Below are positions 10,490 to 20,000 of a stretch of 20,000 bases of DNA, in pieces. Origin of the DNA: Malacoraja senta (taxonomy: Eukaryota). The DNA lies in NCBI GenBank assembly GCA_038087875.1, contig JAXLNO010000289.1, forward strand, positions 53,533-73,532, given 5' to 3'. The notes below the pieces were generated by a model. It had not been told where the DNA came from, made no database searches, and saw only the letters and a list, made by a program, of their open reading frames with translations. Each line of letters begins with the position of its first letter. The stretch's first letter is position 1. The position numbers were made by a program, and so were the translations under genes.

Positions 10490-10720
10490 TAAGAGTTTAT
10501 TAAGACTTCGTGGGTACCACCCTGAGAGGCCAGGGGTTGCACGGACGAAGCACGTAAGAGTTTATTAGACCTCGTGGATACCACCTCGAGACGTCGGGGG
10601 TTGCACGGACGAGGCAGGTATTCTGTGGATACCACCCTGAGATGCAGGGGTTTGTACGGGCAGAATAAAGTATTTTGTGGATAAGGCCTTGGGTGACTGA
10701 GGGCTGTACGGGCAAAATAC
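10490..10720 (+). repeat. Four degenerate tandem stem-loop units (~50-65 bp) in the ERV leader
   Basis: Units start at ~10490, 10555, 10619 and 10670. Each has an outer stem, a GG(A/G)TA...G(C/T)ACGG internal motif and an apical hairpin. Confidence 0.85.
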
Positions 10721-10891
10721 GAACTAAGGTAAGTGGGTAACAAAAAGTGAACACAGTGATAACATTTTGTAGAATAGCAGAAGTAGAATAGCAATAAGAA
10801 TAGTGTAAGGTAATATAGTGACTACAAGGACGGAGGAGGTGTAAGGACTGAGTGCATAAATTAACAACGTGCACTTAACAGGACAACCACC

Positions 10892-12968
10892 ATGATGAGT
10901 AAACTAACCGCGGTTGAGATATTGTAACAAATTCCCCGTAGCCAAAGAGGATGTTAAAAAGAGCTCTGAGAAATGGGGGAAAAGAACAGAGAAATTGAAT
11001 ACAAAGTGGCCCAGGGAAGGGACTTTTGATATAAACATGTGTGATGAAATGGAAGTATTGATTAAGAACCATAGACCCAGAGATAAAACGGGGACACGGG
11101 AAAAGAAAAGAGAGAAGGAATTAGAGGTGCTTAAATTATTCAGGGCAGAAGGAGAAAGGCTGAGGAGAACCTACCTGGCAGGAAACATAACCAAGGGAGG
11201 AGTGAGGGAGCCCGAGAGGCAGTCCAAGGGTCAGGGGATTATGGAAAAAGGAGGGTCCTTATATCCCAGTTTAAAAGACCCCGGGTGTCCCCCTCCCTAC
11301 ACCGGCCTGGAAGGTGCAAACCAATGCCCCGTGATAAGAGGAATAATGGAAGTAGAGGGAGCAATCATGACTGTGGATAATGTGGAGGAAATAAAGGAAT
11401 ATAAACAGAGAAGGGAACAAAGAGAAAAAGACAGGACGGAGCAAGAAATAGGTGAAGTAGAAAGGGAGATCAGGAGGCTGCGGGACCGGAGTTTGGAGGT
11501 ATCCGAGTCAGCAGAGAGGGGGGCTGAAAAAAGGTGCGGACAGGAGAGAGAGTTAAGCCAGTGGTCAAGGGAAAGAGAGCAAGGCAGTGAGGAGGAAACG
11601 GAATCGGGCAGTTATTGGGGAAGATATAGGGAGAGAAGGTGGGAAACAAGGGAGAGATTTAGTGGAAGATTTTAAAAGAAAGGTGAAGGAATCCCTGGAG
11701 CAAATGGAGACTAGAGTTAAGGAACTGGGAGCACATGTGGAGACAAAGAAAGGAGAAGCGGCCCAAGGAGAGTCAGCATGGCAGGAATTAGAAATAGGAC
11801 CTCCGGAGTGGGATGCAGAAAAAAGACAGATGCAGGGGAATAAAATAATGCCATTGCTTGCAAAAAGAGCAGGACAGACACAGTACTTCCTTGGGGGACA
11901 CAGGACCTTGAGGGGCTGAAAAACATTCTGCCTAACATATATGATGGGGCAGGAAAATGGATAAGGGCCTTTGAGGAGGAAACCACAGGACGACTATTGG
12001 CTATGGGAGATATAAAGGCACTTCTGGCGAAAGTAATAGGAACCACGAAACTGGCGGAACTCCTGGAAAAGGCAGGCATAAATAACACAGCGGGCAATCC
12101 ACTGATTGACGGCCGACCATTTGACACAGTCAGGCCATTGGTATGGCAGGCCCTCAGATACAGCTACCCGCTTTAAAGTGGACCCCAAGGCATTGAAGGG
12201 GGACTCACTGGTGGACACAGAAAACCCAGCAGCGTATCTAGAGGGCCAGTTGAAAAAGTGGAGACTTGAAACTGAACAAGGAATAGACGGCAATGAGCTG
12301 ATGATCACTCTGTTCCGAGCTGCTATTGTAGATGCCATGCCCGTTCAAGTAAAGTCCAGGCTGGAGGAGGTGGTGGGACTGTCAACAATCCCACACGTCC
12401 AGTTCAGGGATCACCTGGTCCATGCAGTCGACAAATACCGCAAAGATAAAAAAAGACTGACAGACCAGCAGGAGGAGGTGCAAAGAAAACTGGTACAAAT
12501 GCAGCTTGACGAACTAAAAAGAAAAGAGCGTGTAAAAGGAAAGAAAATGCTCGCAATAACAACAGAACCGGCTGAAACAGCTGAAATCAGTGACGCACCA
12601 ACACGTAGTGAGTCCTATGCCAGAGCCAGACAAGGGTCGGAAACTTCTGGGCCAGTAGTAAATGTCTTTGGGACGTTCCCTCAAATGCCTTATCAGGGAC
12701 GGGTAAATCAGGAAACCAGCCCAGACAGGACTGGGGCCCCCAAGGGGGAGGATTACAAGGAGGGGGACGAGGGAGGCCAGTAAGGAAACAGGTAGTTGAT
12801 ATGGTGTGTTGGGGATGTGGTCAGGTAGGGCATGTGAGAAGGGACTGTCAGAACCGTCCATGGTCCAGACCATACCAACAGGTACCAATGGAGGGTGGAC
12901 AATACCTCGCCCCAGCAGACCCGATTGAAAGCCCGGCTGGACCCATAAACCCCTATACTAGATATTAG
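10892..12968 (+). pseudogene. gag: ERV gag (frameshifted)
   Basis: ACCACC-ATG at 10892; matrix motif WPREGTFD; PPPY late domain (11289-11300); capsid-like region; one CCHC knuckle CWGCGQVGHVRRDC (12807-12848); TAG at 12966-12968. Several frameshifts. Confidence 0.88.
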
Positions 12969-13735
12969 GGGTGCCCAGAGAACCCGGATGGGAAGGGACA
13001 CTACCCAATGATAACCAGAGAGGCAGAGGAGGAACCTGTGGTTCAGGTAATTTTGGGGGGACAATCAACACCCATGATGATAGACACTGGAGCTACCTAT
13101 ACTTGTGTGCAACCACAATATGCCTCGCACCTTCCCATGTCAGGAAAATTTGTTAAAACTGTAGGGTTCTCGGGAAAGACACAGTTAATACGATGCACGA
13201 CTCCCGTGAGTTTAAAGATGAATAACAGAGAGATAGTATTGCCAATATTAGTGTCGAAAGGGACTCCCATTAATTTGTTAGGGAGGGACGCCCTGCTGAA
13301 ACTGGAACTGAAATTAGAATGTACCAGAAATTGTTTGAGTGTGGAGAGGTCGAATGTCCAAATGGTAATGCAGGAAGCTAGCAGAGCTAATGTGATTTGG
13401 ATAGGAGATATAGAAAATCAAATTTGGGAAACCTGGAGCAAATGGGAAAAGGGGATATTGACTATATTGCCTGAAGCGACTCCACCCCAGTCTGAGCTGC
13501 ACTGTACGATATACTTTTGACGAAACCCAGAATGTAGAACAGGGAAGGATGTGGCGTATAGGGACGGGTGGCCAGCACCACTTGAGAGCAGTAGCAGTAA
13601 TAATTGGAAAAAAAGGGGGCAGCCTTGCAGATTGAATGGGACACCTTCCTGGAAAAATGGTACAGGGTGGTGGGGGCTGCACCTCACGTGACATTGCTTG
13701 TAAATAAGGGATATCAGTTTAGGGAATTGGGACCC
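12969..13735 (+). pseudogene. pol: ERV aspartic protease plus 2H-phosphoesterase-like domain (pol N-terminus)
   Basis: In frame after the gag TAG: MMIDTGATYTCV and NLLGRDALLKL (retropepsin), then LHCT (His at 13500) and PHVTL (His at 13685). Confidence 0.88.
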
Positions 13736-13966
13736 TTTTTTAGAACAATTTAGTGCCAGATTCGTTGGGTAGGAGAGGCCCTCTCGATCACCCAGACGCT
13801 TCTGTGCCCCCAGTGGTCCCCGTTTCAACAGGTTACTAGTCCAAATAAAGCGGAAAATCGCTTACCTTTTTACGGGTGGCCACCCTTTTCCTGTTGTCCC
13901 GGGGAGCCCCGTGGGGCGAGGAAGCGCCCTTGGCTGGTCGTCCTCTGCCGAACGGACCTCTATCCT

Positions 13967-13984
13967 ACCCTGCTCGCTGCGCCA
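13967..13984 (-). promoter_or_regulatory. Second (original-orientation) copy of the ERV tRNA-Ser PBS
   Basis: ACCCTGCTCGCTGCGCCA on the plus strand, the exact reverse complement of 10166-10183. Confidence 0.8.
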
Positions 13985-14164
13985 ATTTTGTCATGGTTCT
14001 AAGACTTAAAGTTAGATAAGATGATACAGACTCTGAGAATTCTTCAAGAAGTCGAAAGCCTTTATTTGAAAACATCAGCGGGAACAGTCAGAGATGACAC
14101 CATTTGTCCGTTCTCTAATTGCTCTCCGATCCATAGAAACAAGCAGCTTTTATTACTATGGGCT

Positions 14165-17100
14165 AGAGGTTCGTCACTCTCTGAAGTTCTTTCAGAATCT
14201 GCACCTTCAGTTGGAGTAGGCAGAACTATCATTGGCTCCTCGCTTGGTTGAACCACTTCTCTTCGCTGGAAGTTGGTGTGCTCGTCACCTTTTGGCAAGT
14301 ATGCTCTCATTTGATCTACATGATGACGCACAACTCTTCCCTCCCTCAACTTTACGTTGTACATGACTTCACGGATGACTTCTGCTATCATTCCGTAAAG
14401 CCAAGTAGGACCTGATGTGAATTTCTTGACCATGACATGATCATTCACCTCAAAGACTCATTCCTTGCTTCCTCGATCTGCTGCCTGTTTCATTGAAGCT
14501 TGCTTCCTTCGTACAGATTTGCCAAGATCGGGTTGCAGACTGTCTAGTTTAGTGCGGATCTTTCGTCTGAACATCAGTTCACTGGGTGACTTGCCAGTCG
14601 TTTCTTGAGGTGTGACTTTGTACGTCAACAAGGACTTCTGGAGCTTTAGTTCCAGGTTTGATCCTTTTCCTTTCTTCACACCTGCTTTCACCGTCTGTAC
14701 ACCTCTTTCGGCTAGTCCGTTGCTGTACGGGTGTTTGGATGATGTTTGAATGTGGCAGTTGATGCTGCTGAGGAACCTGGCAAATTCTTCACACACAAAC
14801 TGCGTACCGTTGTCTGTCACCACCGTTTCCGGTAACCCATGAGATGCAAACAACCGTCTCAGGCAATCACTGTTGCTGCTGTTGCATGTCTCACCTGAAT
14901 GGCTTCAATCCATTTGCTATGATCATCGACCACAATCAGCAAATTCTCATCGTCGAGGCTGGCATAGTCACAGTGAATCCTACTCCACAGTCTCTCAGGT
15001 AACTTCCATGGACGGATCTGGGCTGCAACAGGACTATGTTGACTGCTGACGCTTGGACAATTTCTCACCTGTTGTTCCAACTCTTTGTTGATTCCTGGCC
15101 ACCAGACGTATGATCTTGCCAATGCCTTCATTTTCACGATGCCAGGGTGTGTGCTATGCAGTTCTTCAAGGATTCTAGTCCTCATCTCCAGATTATCTGG
15201 AATGACCACTCGTGGTCCCCACAGGATTATGTCATCCTCCACTGACAGCTCTTCTTTCTTGCTGGCAAAGGGCTTTACTTCTTCTAGAAGATTCCTTGCA
15301 CTTGGCCATCCTTCCATGATGTGGGTCTTCACCTTGGAAAGAACTCTGTCCTTCTTGGTGGCTCTCTTCACTTCCTGTGCATCAACAGGGCGTGTGTCCA
15401 GATCGGTGAGCAAGTTGATGCGTGTCTCTGGTGCTTCATCAAGCTCCGTGAGCTCAGGGCGATTCCATGAAGAGTCCTCTTCGTGGATCGGCAAGCGCGA
15501 CAACGCATCTGCATTCTGGTGTTTCTTGCCTTCTCGATGGACTATCTTGTAACTAGGCAGACAGGATCATATGGTATCTTGCTACGCGAGCAGAGGCCAT
15601 TGGGCTGCCGGGCTTATGGTCTCCATAGAGTCCCATCAGAGGCTGGTGATCAGTCCACAATGGTGAAAGACCTCCCATGTAACTGCTTGTGGAACTTCTT
15701 CCGTCCAAAGTTATGGATTACTCCTCCTTTTCATATTGTGCGTCGTTCACTCGCTGGGCTTGAAAGTGCGTGAGGCAAAAGTTATCGGATGTTCTTGTCC
15801 ATCTGAATCCACATGGCTTATCACAATACCTAAGCCACAGGGGCTTGCATCAGTTTGGAGAAAGATTGTTTTGGCTGGATCGTAATGCGTCAGCACACTA
15901 TCACTCTGAAGAAGACACTTGGATCTCTGGAATGCCTGCTCTTGTTCCTTTCCCCATGTGAACTTGGGATCAGGCTTGCTGCATCTCCTCCCACTCTTTG
16001 GATCTGCTGATCTGTACTCATCCTTCAGCATTAGAGTCAACGGTGCAATCTCCTGTGACAGGTTGGGTATAAACTTCCTGTAATACCCAAGTTAGCCGAG
16101 GTGTGCCTGAGGTTGGCTTTGGTTCACAGGCCGCTTTGCTTCCCGCACCGCATCAACTTTGTCTTGAAGAGGACGAAGACCATACTTGTTCAGTCGATAT
16201 CTGAGATAGTCGACTGACTCTTGCATCAGTGCACACTTCTTCTTCTTCAGACGTAACCCACTGTTCTCAAGGTTCCTGAGGTGCTCTTTGTCAGTCCTTC
16301 CGCTGATGATGATATCATCAAGATACGGCTTGCACATGGGAATATCCACTAGCAGGCTCTCCATTGTTCTCTGGACATGGCTGGTGCGCTGGATATCCCA
16401 AAGTGTAACCTGGTATACTCGAAGAGACCTTTGTGTGTATTGATTGTGGTGAACGTCCGAGCTTTAGGGTTAACTCTATCTGATGATAGGCATGGGAGAG
16501 GTCTAATTTAGAGAACTTTGCTCCTCATTGGAAGTGGATACTGTTCCACTTTCAGCACCTTATTTGCTGTGAGCTTGTAATTACCACAGACTCTCATGCT
16601 CCCATCCGGTTTCGTAACAGCTATAATCGGCCATGCAAAATTTGCTGTCTTCACCCGCTTGATAATGCCATCCTGCAACAAGTCATCCAATGCAGCATCA
16701 ATCTGCTTTCCAGCAGCATAGGAAACGGGCTGCCTTGTCAAATTTTGCCCCAGCTTTCGTCTTGTGGATACACTTTGGCTTGGTATCCCTTCTGTACTCC
16801 ATGGGTGCCGTTATCAAACAGCTTGGCGTGCTTGTTGAGTATTGAGCTCATGGCATCTTGCAACCTGTGTTTACTACTCGGTGGACTTAGGCTTGAATCC
16901 GTCGTGTTCTAGCTGGCCATATTTGACAGCAATCCAGGGTACTTCCTCAACCAGTCTCTCCCCATTAGGCTTGCACCTTTCTTTACTACCACTAGGGTCA
17001 GTGTTTCAGGCTTCCTGTGAGGTTCGAGCTGTAGCTGTACCTCTGCTTGTCCATAAATGTCTATCTTCTCACCTGTGTAGGATTTCAGCTTGAGGCTGCA

Positions 17101-17954
17101 GGGATCTAGTCTGGGATCCTGACCGGGTTTTCTGAAGACTTTTCCTGGTACGATAGTCCATGGACCTCCAGTGTCAACTTCTAGTTTTACCTCCCTGCCG
17201 TTCACTATCACAGTGGCTGTATACGGGTCAGAGTTTGTCAAATTGTTGATCGATTCATCTTCCAAGTGGCTCAGCGGGGCCTCCAAGTGGTTTGCCTTTT
17301 TCTGGAATTGTCTTCTCCTCTGTTGGTAAGCTCTAACAGCATCACATTGGCTTTTGGTGTGACCCGTTCCCGAGCACCTGAAGCACCTACCATCTATAAA
17401 TTTACACGTCGCAGGCTCATGGCTGCCGCCACATCTCCAGCACTTCTTGGGGAATTGAACCTTGACTCTGGATGCCCTTGGTGGACTCCTTGTCTTCTTT
17501 AGTCCAGGCTCCTTTATTGGCTGGTTCTCAAAGGTTAATGTTGGTGTACCCATCCTACCACCAATCTATCCCTTAGCATATTCTCCAGTTCCTTAAAATT
17601 ACACCCATCACTTAACTGTCGAAGCCTTGCTAGGAACTGAGGGATTGTTTCATTTGCTTGTGTGCATGTATAGAATCATTATCTTTGCACTATTTCTGTT
17701 GGTTTTGTTGAGAAATGAGCAATTAATGCCTCCTTACATTCCTTGTACGTTTTACTAGCGGGCTTTGCTGGCTGCAGCAACGCACGTAGGGTATGATAAC
17801 CCTTGCTTCCTAAACCTGTAAGGAACAATGCTCTTTTCTTCTCTTCTGAAGTGACATCGTTTGAAGTGAACCAAGCCTCCAGTACTTTGGTCCTTTCCTC
17901 AAAAGTATAACCAGATTCTAACTGGGGCACATTCCCAACTATTGTTTTAGCCAT
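14165..17954 (-). pseudogene. Gypsy gag-pol polyprotein remnant
   Basis: Gag MAKTIVG...RALFLTGLG; knuckles CWRCGGSH....C and CFRCSGTGH....C; PR LEVDTG; RT RVCGNYK..N and YLDDIII; RNase H LQTDASPCGLG; IN LHSTHPGIVKMKALARSYVWWPG, TDNGTQF and SNGLAERGVQT. Many stops and frameshifts. Confidence 0.9.
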
Positions 17955-18079
17955 GGTTGCACTGTTGCTACTCAGGTGCACAATGTTCCATCCTTTTACA
18001 CAATGATTTCTGCAATGGACTTAATTCCTTTACAATATCACTGAGCAGTTATCCAGTAAATTCACGACCAATAATTCTC

Positions 18080-18192
18080 TTATACTAATCGATTTATACT
18101 AATATAACAATATAATAATATACTAATATAATAATTTGGAGGAGAGAGGGCATACTAATAATAATATACTAATATAATAATATACTATATAA
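18080..18192. repeat. AT-rich low-complexity (ATACTAATATAATA-like) repeat in the Gypsy 5' UTR
   Basis: Repeated TATACTAAT(AT)AATA units interrupted by GGAGGAGAGAGGG. Confidence 0.7.
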
Positions 18193-18483
18193 ATGCAATG
18201 CACGCATATATCTCTAAATTATTGTTCTCAATAAACAATGCAGTAAATTCATAAAGTCCAGCTTTTGCTGCGATGAATTCACCGTTCTGACTTGAATGTC
18301 TCTGGACTCCACTTCTAGCTTCTAGCTGTGCTGTCCCGCTACAGCACTGCCTGTTGCATGGCGATCGTGCGTTCCCGTTCCAACTTTTTGCGAGCCAAAT
18401 ACATATCTTGTCTTTAACTTTATGTTCGATCTTGAGAATACCTCAAATCGACCACAATTCTGTTCTCCTGCTAACGGAATTGA

Positions 18484-18497
18484 CATCCTCGTCGCCA
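18484..18497 (-). promoter_or_regulatory. Gypsy primer-binding site, tRNA-Ser(GCU)
   Basis: Minus strand TGGCGACGAGGATG lies 3 nt inside the LTR end and is complementary to the ...CATCCTCGTCG-CCA 3' end of tRNA-Ser(GCU) as I recall it. Confidence 0.8.
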
Positions 18498-18500
18498 AAT

Positions 18501-18657
18501 TGTTATGTATTTGCGCTGGAAACGGACTTAAATAAGACTCAGAACACACAGGTATTAACATTCTTCTTGTATTGAAATCACCATCTTGAGTCTCTCTGCG
18601 CATGTGTACCATCGCGCATGACCTTCAAATATGCTAATCATGTTCTCATACACAACA
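18501..18657 (-). mobile_element. Gypsy 5' LTR (157 bp)
   Basis: TG...CA termini with a 9/10 terminal inverted repeat (TGTTATGTAT ... ATACACAACA), adjacent to the PBS, with a sharp boundary to the GA-rich tract. Confidence 0.85.
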
Positions 18658-19832
18658 GGGGTGGAGAGGAGAGGGGAGGAGGAGAGGAGAGGAGACAATC
18701 TCTTATCTCCACCTATTATCTTTGGTGCTGGATTTGAGGGGAGGGGAGATGAGAAGAGAGGAGGTAGCAGAGGGGCGGTGGGGGGGAGAGGAGAGGGGAG
18801 GGAAGGAGGGGGGAGTGGAGGGGAGAGGAGAGGGGAGGGGAGGAGTGGTTGAGAGGAGGGGAGAGGAGAGGGGAGGGGAGGAGTGGTTGAGAGGAGGGGA
18901 GAGGAGAGTGGAGGGGAGGAGTGGTTGAGAAGAGGGGAGAGGAGAGGGGAGGGCAGAAGGCGGGGAGGACGGGTGGATACGAGAGGAGAGGAGGGGAGGG
19001 GAGTGGAGAGGAGGGTAGAGGGGAGAGGAGGGGAGGGGAGGAGAGAGGAGAGAGGAGAGGAGAGGAGACGGGGAGATGGGAGGAGGGACGAGGAGAGCAG
19101 AGGTGGGTAGTGGAGGATGAGAGGAGAAGAGAGGGTAAGAGGGGATAGGAGAAGGGTGGAGGGTAGTGGATCGGCGAGGGGAGGAGAGGAGGGGGATGAA
19201 AGGGGAGGGAAGGAGGGGAGAGGAGTGGAGATGTGGGGAAAAGATGTGGGGAGGAGGAGAGCAGTGGAGAGGGGAGAGGAGAGGAGATGAGAGGGTAGGA
19301 GATGAGGACGGGAGTAGATGAAGGGAGGAGGGGAGAGGGGAGGGGTAGAGGAGTGGAGCAGAGGAGGAAAGGAGAGATGAGGGGGGATAGAAGAGCGGAG
19401 GGAGGAAGGAAGGAAGGGAGTAAAGGAGAGGAGAGGACAATGGAGGACAGGAGAGAGGAGAGGAGAGGGGAGGAGAAGGGAGTAGTGGAGAGGAGAGGAG
19501 AGAGCAGGGGAGAGGAGAGGAGTGGAGGGGAGGAGAGGATATATGAGGCAAGTGGAGTATAGGAGGAGAGGAGGGGTAGGAGAGGAGGTATGGTGAGGAG
19601 AGTGGAGGGGAGAGGGGAGGAGGGAGGGGGGACGAGAGAGAGGAGAGGAAAGTAAAGGAGTGAGAAAAGCGGGGGGTGGGGCGAGAGGAGATAAGGAAGG
19701 GGAGGGAGGCAGAGGATGGGAGAGGAGAGAGGAGGAGAAAGGGGGGAGTAGAGAGGAGAGGAGTGAGGTGAGGAGAAGGGAGGAGAGGGGAGGAGAGGTG
19801 ACAAGAGGAGTGGAGGAGAGGAGAGGAGAGGG
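18658..19832. repeat. Polypurine (GGAGA/GAGGG-rich) low-complexity tract
   Basis: Almost exclusively G/A on the plus strand, including three ~35-bp GGGAGGAGTGGTTGAGAGGAGGGGAGAGGAGA units at ~18838-18945. Confidence 0.95.
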
Positions 19833-19891
19833 TATGGTAGTGTTTGATGGGTAGTAACTCAATACAGATTCATGTTGTCCCATGTCAGTAA

Positions 19892-20000
19892 AGGGGCTGT
19901 CCCCACTGCGGCGACCTAATTGGCGAGTTTAGAAGAGTTTAGGAGAGTTTGAAAAGTGTCATGTTGAAGACCTCTTACGACTATGTTGATGACCAGCTTC
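19892..20000. mobile_element. Possible left end of a non-autonomous DNA transposon (Harbinger-like), continuing beyond the window
   Basis: TAA followed by AGGGGCTGTCCCCACT resembles TWA-TSD Harbinger-type termini, followed by short GAGTTTAG repeats. The partner terminus is not visible. Confidence 0.3.

Larger units (their letters stand above)
14165..18657 (-). mobile_element. Degraded Ty3/Gypsy LTR retrotransposon (Mag-like), 3' LTR missing
   Basis: 5' LTR and PBS, followed by gag, double zinc knuckle, PR, RT, RNase H and IN in Gypsy order. Confidence 0.92.

Noticed and set aside
10490..10720. CRISPR-like repeat-spacer interpretation
   Set aside because: The units are degenerate whole-unit duplications without unique spacers, there are no cas genes, and the context is a eukaryotic retroviral leader.
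6600..13520. Domesticated or functional retroviral gene
   Set aside because: gag, pol and env all carry multiple frameshifts or stops and are split by the inversion, so no intact long ORF remains.
9744..14407. 672-bp inverted repeats as TIRs of a DNA transposon, or as paired LTRs
   Set aside because: They contain Gypsy IN coding sequence, PBS and leader, are inverted rather than direct, and lack a TSD and transposase. The second duplication (C) is explained by the same inversion event.
18555..19883. Long Pro/Ser/Leu-rich ORFs (up to 442 aa) and Gly/Glu/Arg-rich ORFs
   Set aside because: Artefacts of a stop-poor polypurine/polypyrimidine tract. They are open in several frames and show no domain motifs.

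Overview
Eukaryotic, repeat-saturated genomic DNA with no recognisable host gene. The host is most likely a cartilaginous fish (skate/ray-like), inferred from the style of the CR1 3' ends. Left part (1-5940): CR1 LINE fragments, a short tandem carrying hammerhead-ribozyme-like cores, and an L2-clade LINE nested inside a CR1. Centre (5938-~14163): a degraded class I (gamma/epsilon-like) endogenous retrovirus with tRNA-Ser PBS, gag-UAG-pro readthrough, a 2H-phosphoesterase-like insert between PR and RT, RT/RNase H/IN and a partial env. Its leader-gag-pro block has been inverted, with inverted duplications at both breakpoints. The ERV leader contains four tandem stem-loops with compensatory base changes. 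Right part (~14165-18657): a degraded Mag-like Ty3/Gypsy retrotransposon with one 157-bp LTR, joined directly to the ERV LTR remnant, followed by a ~1.2-kb polypurine tract.
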